Source of the DNA: an uncultured Candidatus Saccharibacteria bacterium
Lineage (GTDB): Bacteria; Patescibacteriota; Doudnabacteria; UBA920
Length of the DNA stretch: 64,000 bases
Direction of reading: 5' to 3'
Assembly: GCA_964650255.1 (NCBI GenBank)
Contig: CAZYQT010000003.1
Coordinates: 14,619-78,618 of the forward strand
Of this stretch, positions 16,806 to 26,013 are shown piece by piece. The notes beneath the pieces were generated by a model. It searched no databases and was not told the origin of the DNA. It was given only the letters and a program-made list of their open reading frames with translations. The translations under genes were made by a program, and so were the position numbers. Each line of letters begins with the position of its first letter. Position 1 is the first letter of the stretch.

Positions 16806-17603
16806 ATGTTAAAATATTTAGCGAAATTAATTGGGGTGTTTTTGGCGGTTATCATGATTACTCCGGCTTTGGCCTTAGCTCATGGAGATGACCGAGGCGA
16901 TAGAGAGAGCCACCGTTTAGACCATCAATCCACTGAACGTCGCAGTACGGACGAGTGGGTAACCAATGAATTTGGAGTAAGAGTATTCGATCAGAATAAT
17001 TCACAGCAAGAAAACGATGACCAAGTCGAAAATGACTCCGATCATAATAAGAGCGAAGGCAAACATGAAAATAAGGACAAACATGAAGACCGTGGTTTGC
17101 ACTTAGGCCAGTTTAAGAATCGTGGTTTCTTTCCAAACATGTTTTACAACGGAACAGTAACCGCCGTTTCCAGTACTGGATTCACAATTGAAACAAAAGA
17201 TGATACCCAATTTGTTGTTGATGCAGATTCAGCGAAAATTATTCAGATCCCGCGCACAGTTGTTGCTTTAGGGGATATCGACGTAGGTGACACAGTGCAC
17301 ATTACCGGCACTAAAACTTCTGATGATGGAATTAATGCAACTGTTGTATATGTAATGCCAGCGAACCTTAGCCCGGCAATGGCTAAAGGCACTGTCACCG
17401 CAGTAACCGATGACACAATTACTTTGCAGACAGGTGATGACACTTCGATTACGGTAAATACTAATAGCGATACCCAGATTACTAATTCAGATCATGAAGA
17501 TGTAGATCAAGGCGATATTGAAGTAGGTATGAAAGCAAAATTAGTTGGATTCTGGGATTCGGTTCTGAATGTTTTCAATGCTATTAAGATTAAGTTGTTC
17601 TAA
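16806..17603 (+). CDS. secreted protein with His/Asp/Glu-rich region and repeated beta-domains (DUF5666-like)
   Basis: Signal peptide; acidic/His-rich segment (HGDDRGDRESHRLDHQSTERRSTDE...HNKSEGKHENKDKHEDRG); two repeats GTVTAV(S/T)...I(Q/T).... Confidence 0.55.
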   Translation: MLKYLAKLIGVFLAVIMITPALALAHGDDRGDRESHRLDHQSTERRSTDEWVTNEFGVRVFDQNNSQQENDDQVENDSDHNKSEGKHENKDKHEDRGLHLGQFKNRGFFPNMFYNGTVTAVSSTGFTIETKDDTQFVVDADSAKIIQIPRTVVALGDIDVGDTVHITGTKTSDDGINATVVYVMPANLSPAMAKGTVTAVTDDTITLQTGDDTSITVNTNSDTQITNSDHEDVDQGDIEVGMKAKLVGFWDSVLNVFNAIKIKLF

Positions 17604-17646
17604 ATTGTTGGTTAGCGCAGTAGTTGAGCTGAAAAACTAGAATAGA

Positions 17647-17680
17647 AAAAGCCCCGCATGCGTGAGCGGGGCTTGCTTTG
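17647..17680. terminator. bidirectional terminator
   Basis: gccccgc/gcggggc 7-bp GC stem, 8-nt loop, flanked by A-run and T-rich tract; between convergent genes. Confidence 0.7.
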
Positions 17681-17700
17681 TACCTTATCAATTTTACAGA

Positions 17701-19251
17701 CTAATCCTCGTCTGAGTAAGCTTTGCGGCTAATAAAGAAGCCGCGTGCACTTTGGGAAATTTTCTTAAGTGACTGAGGAGGAGCTTTGCGGCCACGCTCG
17801 TAATCTGACCATTTTTTGTTTTTTGGTCTTCCTTTTGATGCTCCAGCGCTATGTCCGCCTGAGCCATGTCCACCTGAGCTATGACTAGGTTTGTAACCGC
17901 CTGGTGTTCTGGAAGGGGATGATGGCCCTGCGGATCTTCCTGAAAATGATGGTTTTTGGAATGGTGGACGAGATCCTTCGCGGCGAGGCGCTGGCCCAGA
18001 TGGGCGAGGTCCTCGTGGTCCTCGAGGGGCACCGTAGCTCGACCCACGTCCTCGAGAATAACCACGCAGCGGTGGGCGAGGTGGGGTAACAGAAGCCACT
18101 CGTTCTAGTTTTGGTAGGACTGCGACTGGTAAAGATTTACGAATTAGCTTTTCAATGGTTTTTACATCGCGGCGTTGGTCGTGAGTAGCAAAGGAGATAG
18201 CGTGTCCTGTCATAGAAGCACGACCTGTACGGCCAATGCGGTGTACGTAATCTTCCGCCTGGTCTGGCAAGTCGTAGTTAATTACTAGTTGAATTCCAGT
18301 AACATCAATTCCGCGAGCTGCAATGTCTGTAGCAACTAGTACGCGGTAAGTTCCCAACTTGAAACCTTTCAAGGCATCCAAACGTTGATTCAAAGAACGG
18401 TTGGAGTGAATTTCAGTAGCAGTAATTTTCATGTTGCGGATATCTCGGGCAATTTTCTTAGCACCATGCTTGGTTCTAGAAAATACTAAGACACTACCAT
18501 TAAACTTACCTAACAGTTCTTTAAGTAAAGCTAACTTTTCGCCACGTTCCAAAAAGTAAATTTCTTGAGTCACAGATTTTACTGCACTACCAGCTGGCGC
18601 AACTTCAATACGCAAAGGAGTCTTCATGTACGAATTAGCAATCTTTACAATCTCGGGTGGCATGGTTGCAGAGAATAGCAAAGTTTGGCGCGCCTTCGGC
18701 ACCTTCTCTAAAATTTTATTAATCTGCGGGGCAAAACCCATGTCGAGCATGCGATCAGCTTCATCCAAAACCAAAACCGCAGTTTTAGAAAGATCTACAC
18801 TTTTATGATCTAAGTGATCAATCAATCGTCCAGGAGTAGCAATAATAATGTGCGGGTTTTTCTTTAGCGCGACTATCTGGCGACCAATGTTTTCACCACC
18901 AATTAGAATAGCAGTTTTTAAACCAATTGATGCACCAATTTTCTTCAGAGTTTCATTCACCTGTAAAGCCAGTTCGCGAGTCGGAAGTACTACTAAGCCT
19001 GTGCCTTTACCTTGAGCAAGGCGTTGGATCATGGGAATACCAAAAGCCAAGGTCTTACCAGTACCAGTTTGGGCAATACCCATTAAATCAGTTCCAGAGA
19101 GGGCAGCGGGAATAGATTGTTCTTGAATCGGGGTTGGAGTAACGAATTTATTTTTCTGTAAAATGTCGAGCAGCTTCGGAGCAATACCTAAATTACTGAA
19201 TCCACCAGAACTGCTAGCAGCGTTACTATTGTTATCATTCGTATTTATCAT
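17701..19251 (-). CDS. DEAD-box ATP-dependent RNA helicase with C-terminal RG/SG-rich tail
   Basis: Q-motif, Walker A AQTGTGKT, DEAD (VLDEADRMLDMGF), SAT, HRIGRTGR; last 130 aa rich in RG, GP and SG. Confidence 0.9.
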   Translation of the reverse strand: MINTNDNNSNAASSSGGFSNLGIAPKLLDILQKNKFVTPTPIQEQSIPAALSGTDLMGIAQTGTGKTLAFGIPMIQRLAQGKGTGLVVLPTRELALQVNETLKKIGASIGLKTAILIGGENIGRQIVALKKNPHIIIATPGRLIDHLDHKSVDLSKTAVLVLDEADRMLDMGFAPQINKILEKVPKARQTLLFSATMPPEIVKIANSYMKTPLRIEVAPAGSAVKSVTQEIYFLERGEKLALLKELLGKFNGSVLVFSRTKHGAKKIARDIRNMKITATEIHSNRSLNQRLDALKGFKLGTYRVLVATDIAARGIDVTGIQLVINYDLPDQAEDYVHRIGRTGRASMTGHAISFATHDQRRDVKTIEKLIRKSLPVAVLPKLERVASVTPPRPPLRGYSRGRGSSYGAPRGPRGPRPSGPAPRREGSRPPFQKPSFSGRSAGPSSPSRTPGGYKPSHSSGGHGSGGHSAGASKGRPKNKKWSDYERGRKAPPQSLKKISQSARGFFISRKAYSDED

Positions 19252-19332
19252 TTTTTAATTTTAACACAAAAGTGCAAAATAGGCAAGTAAACCATGCTAT
19301 ACTTAATTAACTAACAAAAACATCAACAAACT

Positions 19333-20856
19333 ATGAAAAAAATAACATCAAAAATTTTCTATTTATTGGCCACGGTACTCGTGGCAACGCCATTATTTGG
19401 CTCAATTAGCACTGCTAGTGCACAGCTTTCTGCAGTTCGAACTATTGTTTTCCCGGTCATTGGCACAGTGAGCTATTATGATGACTTTGGTAATCCTCGC
19501 AGCGGCGGTCGCACTCACGAAGGTAACGATTTGATGGGCAAAAAATTAATGCCATTAGTTGCCGCAGTAGATGGCACTATCATCAATGTAAATTATCCAG
19601 AACAATCTTGGGGCTACTCGATTACGATTAAAGATAAAGATGGTTACACCTATCATTATTTGCACATGAATAATGACAATCCTGGAACTGATGATGGTCA
19701 TGGTGATGGCATGAATGCTTACGCACCAGATATTCAGCAAGGCAATAAAGTTGTGAAGGGGCAGTTGGTTGGCTATATGGGTGATAGTGGTAATGCCGAA
19801 GGTACGGGCCCACACTTGCATTTTGAAATTCGGTATCAGGGTACTGCATTTAGTCCTTACCAGAGTTTGCAAAATGCTACCAAGATTACTACACCTGTAA
19901 CTAGTTATCCTAAATTAGATAAAGAAATTTTGCCGTACGAAAGTTTTGGTGGAGGCGCCAATGTTGCAGCGGGGAATTTAGATACTGACAGTGCAATTGA
20001 ATATGTTACTGGTGCTGGTCCAGGTGGCGGGCCGTTAATTAAGGTTTTGGAAAAAGATGGGAAAGTTGTAAAGCAGTTTTACGCGTACGCGACTAACTTT
20101 ACTGGTGGTGTTGATGTTGCCGTCGGGGATGTAAATGATGACGGCAAGAATGAAATTATTACCTCACCTGGTCCAGGCGGCGGGCCAGATGTAAAAGTAT
20201 TTAAGGCTGATGGAACTTTGTTAAAAGAGTTTTTTGCGTATGCCGCCAACTTTTATGGTGGGGTGCATATTAGTGCTGCCGATATCGACAGTGATGGAAA
20301 TTGGGAAATAGTCACTGCGCCTGCTTCTGCCGGAGGTCCCCATGTAAAAATTTGGGATGTAAAGATTGCTGCTGGTAGTGCTGTGCCAACTGTGAAAAAA
20401 GAACTTATGGCGCACGACACTTCTTTGTCCTCAGGGCTCGACGTCGCTGGGTTTGATGGTGGTTTTGTAACTGTGCCAGGCAAGGGTGGTGGACCGCATG
20501 TAAAGATATTCGACAAGACCGCTTCATTGAAGAAAGAATTTTTTGCCTACGACGGCACTTTTACTGTAGGGATGCGTGTAAGTGTTGGTGATGCAAGCAC
20601 CTCTAAAACTGGAAGTGAAATTGTTGTTGCCCCGGCTTCCACTGGTGGACCGCATGTAAAAATGTTCTCTATGGCAGGGTCGGAAGTGTTTAGTAAGTTG
20701 GCAGCGTTCGAGCCGTGGTGGCGCGGCGGTTACGACATTGCCGCATTCAAGGCCGGTGCTGTAATTACCAGTATGGGTGGTCGTCGCACTAGCCTACGGT
20801 CTGCTACGTCAACAACTACTACACGCGATGATACTTGTCGCCGTCGGTGCAATTAA
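19333..20856 (+). CDS. secreted M23 (LytM-type) peptidase fused to FG-GAP/VCBS-like repeat domain
   Basis: Signal peptide; M23 motifs HEGNDL and GPHLHFEI; then six or more repeats of ...GGGPHVKIF.... Confidence 0.75.
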   Translation: MKKITSKIFYLLATVLVATPLFGSISTASAQLSAVRTIVFPVIGTVSYYDDFGNPRSGGRTHEGNDLMGKKLMPLVAAVDGTIINVNYPEQSWGYSITIKDKDGYTYHYLHMNNDNPGTDDGHGDGMNAYAPDIQQGNKVVKGQLVGYMGDSGNAEGTGPHLHFEIRYQGTAFSPYQSLQNATKITTPVTSYPKLDKEILPYESFGGGANVAAGNLDTDSAIEYVTGAGPGGGPLIKVLEKDGKVVKQFYAYATNFTGGVDVAVGDVNDDGKNEIITSPGPGGGPDVKVFKADGTLLKEFFAYAANFYGGVHISAADIDSDGNWEIVTAPASAGGPHVKIWDVKIAAGSAVPTVKKELMAHDTSLSSGLDVAGFDGGFVTVPGKGGGPHVKIFDKTASLKKEFFAYDGTFTVGMRVSVGDASTSKTGSEIVVAPASTGGPHVKMFSMAGSEVFSKLAAFEPWWRGGYDIAAFKAGAVITSMGGRRTSLRSATSTTTTRDDTCRRRCN

Positions 20857-22490
20857 TGATGTCTAATATGGTCGGTGTAAAAGGTTAAATCTGCGTCAGT
20901 TTTTTTGTGCGGGTTGAAGATGTTTAAAGGATCGAAGATAGCTTTGGTCCTTTTAAATATGTCGAAAATTTTGTCACCAAACATGAATGGCAGGAAAGTG
21001 CCGCGCACTAAACCGTCATTGTGTTCTGCGGCCATTGAACCTTTGAAGTCGCGCACAAGTTTGAACACTTCGTCACTCATTTGGATTATTTGCTTACGAT
21101 GTTTTTCTTCAGACACATCTACTAAAGGAATGATATGGAAGTTGGCATCGCCAGCGTGGCCAGCAATTGTGTACACAAAGTCTGGATATTTGTTGAGGAT
21201 TTGATCCAGCTTTGGCATAAATTCTGGTAACTGATCTGGATGCACAACAATATCCTCAATAAACGGAGCAGAAATTTTGCGCGCATTGTGTTGGCGAAGT
21301 AGATTATAGCTTTCGCGGCGAATTATCCAATACTTTTGAGCTTCATCAAAACTTTTCGTTAAATGGGTTTGTAAATTAAAATGTTCGCGGATATTTTTTT
21401 GCGCCGCTTTAGCCCGAGCCTGTACTTGCACACCATCATCACCAGTAAAGTCAGCTAGTAAAACAATTTCCGGCAACCCGCCCTTAAGAGACATCCATAG
21501 TTCGGGTAAGAATTGCCAAAACAATTTCCATGGTGAGCCTTTCATTTTGCGGAGAATTTCTGGTAAGTATTTTAAAGCCAATCGCAATGTGTGCTTATCA
21601 AAAATTTCAAAACTTTCTGGCTTTAACTCGTTAACATGAGTGACCAATTGGCCTAACTGCTTTAGGTCGTTTAAAAAGAATACCAACAGACGAGAGTGGC
21701 GATGCACTGGCACAATCTTCCATTTGATTTTTGTAATTACTCCCAAGGTACCTTGCGAGCCAACGAACAGTTTGGTTAAATCAAAAGTTTTACCATCCCA
21801 CACATCCCACAAATAGTAACCAGATGAATTTTTGGAAGTGGTTGGTTTTGCTGCTTGGATTATTCGGTAATTATCTTGGATTAGTTCAAAAGTTTTGCGG
21901 TAGACTTCGCCCTCAAAAGTACTTAGTGCCATTTTAGTCTTTAGTTCAGTTTCGTTGAGTGGTTTTATGGTGTATGAATTGCCATCAGCTAAAACTACTT
22001 CGAGTTCTTCAACGAAGTCAATGGCCTGGCCGTACTGAAAAGTTTTTTCTCCTCCACAGTTGTTGCCAACCATCCCGCCAACTGAGACCCAGGCTTTGGA
22101 TACTGGGTAAGCTGGCATAATTTTGTTTTGCGCTGACAACTTCACTTCTAAATCGCGGAACATTACACCGCTTTCTGTTTGCACGCTAGCATCAGTTAGA
22201 TTTGAGATATGATTTAAGTGGCGTGTTGTGTCTATAATAATCGAATCATTCACGCTGCCGCCGGTCATGTCTGTGCCGCCACCACGAGGGGTAAGGGATA
22301 GCCCAGCGTTGGTCGCTTTATTCTCTGAGGCAAACTTCACCAAGTTTTTTACATCATCAACATCAGCAGGAAAGACAATTGCCTCTGGGGCAATTTGAAA
22401 AATACTCGCATCACGACTGTAATGTTCAATATCTTGCTCAGAAGTTGTTATTTCGCCTTTGAAATTTTGTTTCAGGGCACTTAGGTCCAT
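20853..22490 (-). CDS. FAD-linked oxidase (GlcD/D-lactate dehydrogenase family)
   Basis: FAD_binding_4 (PCMH) motif PRGGGTDMTGGSV, 545 aa with FAD-oxidase C-terminal domain. Confidence 0.7.
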   Translation of the reverse strand: MDLSALKQNFKGEITTSEQDIEHYSRDASIFQIAPEAIVFPADVDDVKNLVKFASENKATNAGLSLTPRGGGTDMTGGSVNDSIIIDTTRHLNHISNLTDASVQTESGVMFRDLEVKLSAQNKIMPAYPVSKAWVSVGGMVGNNCGGEKTFQYGQAIDFVEELEVVLADGNSYTIKPLNETELKTKMALSTFEGEVYRKTFELIQDNYRIIQAAKPTTSKNSSGYYLWDVWDGKTFDLTKLFVGSQGTLGVITKIKWKIVPVHRHSRLLVFFLNDLKQLGQLVTHVNELKPESFEIFDKHTLRLALKYLPEILRKMKGSPWKLFWQFLPELWMSLKGGLPEIVLLADFTGDDGVQVQARAKAAQKNIREHFNLQTHLTKSFDEAQKYWIIRRESYNLLRQHNARKISAPFIEDIVVHPDQLPEFMPKLDQILNKYPDFVYTIAGHAGDANFHIIPLVDVSEEKHRKQIIQMSDEVFKLVRDFKGSMAAEHNDGLVRGTFLPFMFGDKIFDIFKRTKAIFDPLNIFNPHKKTDADLTFYTDHIRHH

Positions 22491-22531
22491 AAATGTATTA
22501 TATCAGATTAAGTGCTATAATTTGAGGTAGA

Positions 22532-23035
22532 ATGGCTACTAAACATAAGAAAAAATTAGACAACCAAATTGCGCTGTCTGAGCGTTTTACGACTTGGCTT
22601 GGTTCGCCAGCTTCGATTGTGGTGCATACACTCCTGTTTTTGGCAGCTTTTGCTTTGGTAATTTTTGGTGTGCCGTTTGATTCTGTACTGTTAATTCTGA
22701 CCACAGCCGTGTCTTTAGAGGCAATTTACTTGGCGTTGTTTATTCAGATGACGGTTAACAAAAACACTCAGAGTTTGGCCGATGTAGAAGAAGATATTGA
22801 AGAGATTGCCGAAGACGTTGAAGGGATTGAGAAGGACATTGATGAAATCGAAAAAGATATTGATGAAATGCAGGAAGACGTGGAGGGGATTGAGCAGGAT
22901 ATTGATGAGATTGAAAAAGATGATGAAGAGGATGATCTCCACGACGAGCAAACAATGAAAACTTTAAATCAGCTTCAGACTGATATCCAAAAGGTGATGG
23001 AAGATTTGCAAACGTTGAAAGATCAAAAGAAATAA
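22532..23035 (+). CDS. DUF1003-like membrane protein with acidic heptad-repeat C-terminal coiled coil
   Basis: Two TM helices (ASIVVHTLLFLAAFALVIFGVPFDSVLLILTTAVSLEAIYLALFIQM), then seven 21-nt / 7-aa repeats xDIxEIE (22783-22930). Confidence 0.5.
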   Translation: MATKHKKKLDNQIALSERFTTWLGSPASIVVHTLLFLAAFALVIFGVPFDSVLLILTTAVSLEAIYLALFIQMTVNKNTQSLADVEEDIEEIAEDVEGIEKDIDEIEKDIDEMQEDVEGIEQDIDEIEKDDEEDDLHDEQTMKTLNQLQTDIQKVMEDLQTLKDQKK

Positions 23036-23040
23036 AATTA

Positions 23041-23077
23041 AACAGGCCGTGAGAGAATCAGGCCTGTTATTTTTTTT
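23041..23077 (+). terminator. rho-independent terminator
   Basis: aacaggcc/ggcctgtt 8-bp stem, 12-nt loop, T8 run. Confidence 0.7.
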
Positions 23078-23280
23078 GGTTTTTTAAACGCCAATAGGAA
23101 AAACAAGTTAACCCAACGATCGCAAATATGTATTCTGGCCACATTGTAAATGTGACGGTTGGGCCAAAAAGTAAGAGCAACGATGTTAAAATAAACATTT
23201 TTCCCCCTGTCTATTTTTCATCCGGTTCATCTTCAAAGTTACATAAATTATATCACAAGTTTATTCATCTGGAGAAATTT

Positions 23281-23335
23281 GCTGTCGCCATAGCGCAGAA
23301 TACAAACCGTTTTCTTTCAGGAGCTGTTCGTGAGT
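23281..23335 (-). pseudogene. duplicated relic of the ABC exporter 3' end (55-bp direct repeat, copy 1)
   Basis: 91% identical to 24268-24322; encodes the same peptide THEQLLKENGLYSALWRQ in the ABC frame with five third-position differences, but has no start codon and is interrupted upstream by a stop. Confidence 0.6.
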
Positions 23336-23379
23336 GGATAACTAATTTGTGCTCATTTAAGGCCACTTATATACTTTAA

Positions 23380-24258
23380 GTGTTATTAAATAAATCTATG
23401 GAGAAAACAAAAATGAATCACCATGCAAAAATGAAACTTTTGCTGGGGTTGTTAGTCTGTGTCGCAGTGGTTGGTGCTTTCTATTTGAAGACTAGTACAA
23501 ATGCGCTTCATGGGTTAAACTCTCATGCTGATGAGTTGCCGCAGGTTCATTGGCAACACGCAACCACACCTTTTGCTTTAAAGATTATTGACCATACCAC
23601 AACTAATTGGAACAATACTCTGGAGAATATAACGAAGAAATGGTCAGCGGCTGATGTTATTAATTATCAAATAACACCAAGCAAGGCTCCTTTCCAGTGT
23701 TACCCTATTGTCATGCCTCCTTCAGATACCGGCATGCATGTTTGCAATATCAACGAGGAAAATGACTGGTTGGCGATCGCGGGTTATACACAACTAGCTG
23801 ATAGCCCGCATATTTATTATGGATTGGTTGTGCTTAACGATTTTTATTTAAACAACGAGAGCTCTGAGTATTCTACTGATGCTTGGCGCAATAAACTAGT
23901 CTGTGAATACTTGGGCTGGACTGAAGGCCTACCGTTTCGATTAGATGTCGGAGACGATTCTAATAGTTGTATGAATCTGGATTATGGTTTTGGAAATGTT
24001 CACAAGCAACAGTATCCCGACCAAATCGATCTAGATAGCATGAAATTAATTTATCGTAATCATATTGATCCAATTATGCCTAGCAGCGAAGGTGTAACAA
24101 CTAAATCGACAAAACAAAAAGTCACTAACCAGTCTTTGCAGGATGGTAAGTTCGGTCGTTTAGTTGAAACTATCAACAACGGAACTACGGAAATTTATCA
24201 GTTAGAATTAGCTGATGGTTCTAAAATGAACACTTTGATTCAGAGGGCTAGGCATTAG
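23380..24258 (+). CDS. secreted/membrane-anchored hypothetical protein (292 aa), cargo of the inserted islet
   Basis: Signal-anchor LLLGLLVCVAVVGAFYL; no recognisable family; flanked by the 55-bp direct repeats. Confidence 0.55.
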   Translation: MLLNKSMEKTKMNHHAKMKLLLGLLVCVAVVGAFYLKTSTNALHGLNSHADELPQVHWQHATTPFALKIIDHTTTNWNNTLENITKKWSAADVINYQITPSKAPFQCYPIVMPPSDTGMHVCNINEENDWLAIAGYTQLADSPHIYYGLVVLNDFYLNNESSEYSTDAWRNKLVCEYLGWTEGLPFRLDVGDDSNSCMNLDYGFGNVHKQQYPDQIDLDSMKLIYRNHIDPIMPSSEGVTTKSTKQKVTNQSLQDGKFGRLVETINNGTTEIYQLELADGSKMNTLIQRARH

Positions 24259-25996
24259 TAGCAACCTGCTGCCGCCACAGTGCAGAGTACAAACCGTTTT
24301 CTTTAAGGAGCTGTTCGTGAGTACCTTGCTCAACCAGTTTACCTTTTTCAAGAACGAAAATAGTGTCAGCGTGAATGACGGTAGACAATCGGTGTGCTAC
24401 TAAGATGCGGATTAAATCTGGTCTCGTCTTTTCAATTTCCTTTATAGTCTGCGTAATTGATTCTTCGGTGATAGAGTCGAGTGAAGAAGTGGCTTCATCA
24501 AAAATTAGAAGGTCTGGATTGCGGAGTAGGGAGCGGGCAATAGCTAAGCGTTGTTTTTCACCACCGGAAAGCTTAAGGCCGCCTTCGCCAATTTTTGTGT
24601 CTAGACCCAAATCGCCGCCGCGTTCAAGCAAACTTTGCGCACTCGCGGCTTTAAGAGCATCAATACATTCTGAGTCAGTGGCTGTTGGTTTTACGAACTG
24701 CAAATTTTCGCGAATGGTGCCAGAGAACAATTGAGTTTCTTGGGCGACTAAGCCAACGCGGTTGCGCAAAGATACTAGATCAATTTCTGTGCTAGGCAAT
24801 CCGTTAAATAGCACTTGTCCTTCTGTGGGAGTGTAAAGACCAACGGTTAGTTTTATAACTGTACTTTTACCACTACCAGATGGCCCAACAAAAGCCACGG
24901 TTTTACCAGATTGGATTTCAAATTTTACCTTTGAAATCGCATGATCATTTCCGGTTTGGTAGCCAAAAGAAACGTCATTGAAAGCAATGGTACTGATTTT
25001 TCCAACAGGTTTTGGGTTTTCTGGCTGCTTGTCCTGTGGTTGGTTAAGAATTTCTTCAAGTTTTGCCAAGCTGGCTTTAGTTTCACCGTAGCTGGTTCCT
25101 AAATCTCCAAGGGCACCCAAAGGCGCAAAAATAAAGAATGAATAAATTTGTAGAGTGAAAAATTCCCCAATAGTTAATTGGCCCTCATAAATTAACCAGA
25201 ACATGGCAAGCATTAACACGGCACGCAGGGCGTTAATAATAGTCCCTTGCATAAAACTGTAGGCACGGATTAAGCGAACTTTTTTTAGTTCAAGATCGAG
25301 GATTTTTTGGTTGGTTAAATTAAGGCGATTAATTTCCTGACCCTCCAATCCTAAAGACTTAACCAATTCAACATTGCGCAATGTTTCAGTGGTGGATCCT
25401 GCCAAAGCCTGCGATTCATTAACAATTGGTGTTTGAGCGTCTTTGATTTTTTTAGTGATGTAAAAAGTTGTAATACCTAAAGTTGGGATCATCAACAAAT
25501 ACATTAAACCAATTAACCAGTGCACCCAGGTTGCGTAAATTAAGACAAACACAATTCCAACCAGGGACACGTAGAGCAGGCCAATAGCAAGGTTAAGAAA
25601 TTTTTGGGTATCGTTACGGGCTTGTTGTAGTTTTTGTAAAAATTCACCCGAGCGCTGATCTTCAAATACGGCATAGGGGAGAGAGAAGGAGTGAGTGACA
25701 CTGTCGGCATACATTTTTGCACCAAGGCGCTGGGTTATTACGTTGGTGTAATAGTCTTGAAAGTTCTTTGCTACGCGCGACACAAAAGCTGTACCAATGA
25801 AAGCTAACAGCAATAAAATAACTCCCTGGAAAAATTCTCCACGAGCAAAGTCTGAAAAATGCGCTGCGTATTTATCAACTAAAATTCGAAGCAGCTGCGG
25901 CTCCATTAAAGAAAACACTTGGTTAACCGTTGCCAAGATTAATGCTCCAGCAAGGAGGCCTTTGTAATTTTTTAAATATTTAGCGAATAGCTTCAT
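24248..25996 (-). CDS. ABC exporter, fused permease-ATPase (type I, MsbA-like)
   Basis: Six TM helices, then Walker A GPSGSGKST, signature LSGGEKQRLAIAR, Walker B LLIFDEATS. Confidence 0.85.
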   Translation of the reverse strand: MKLFAKYLKNYKGLLAGALILATVNQVFSLMEPQLLRILVDKYAAHFSDFARGEFFQGVILLLLAFIGTAFVSRVAKNFQDYYTNVITQRLGAKMYADSVTHSFSLPYAVFEDQRSGEFLQKLQQARNDTQKFLNLAIGLLYVSLVGIVFVLIYATWVHWLIGLMYLLMIPTLGITTFYITKKIKDAQTPIVNESQALAGSTTETLRNVELVKSLGLEGQEINRLNLTNQKILDLELKKVRLIRAYSFMQGTIINALRAVLMLAMFWLIYEGQLTIGEFFTLQIYSFFIFAPLGALGDLGTSYGETKASLAKLEEILNQPQDKQPENPKPVGKISTIAFNDVSFGYQTGNDHAISKVKFEIQSGKTVAFVGPSGSGKSTVIKLTVGLYTPTEGQVLFNGLPSTEIDLVSLRNRVGLVAQETQLFSGTIRENLQFVKPTATDSECIDALKAASAQSLLERGGDLGLDTKIGEGGLKLSGGEKQRLAIARSLLRNPDLLIFDEATSSLDSITEESITQTIKEIEKTRPDLIRILVAHRLSTVIHADTIFVLEKGKLVEQGTHEQLLKENGLYSALWRQQVATNA

Positions 25997-26013
25997 AGGG
26001 TGTAAATCAAGGA

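Noticed and set aside
23128-23379. Plus-strand 83-aa ORF
   Set aside because: It is the opposite strand of the duplicated ABC 3'-end relic, with no SD. It is probably non-coding DNA of the inserted islet.
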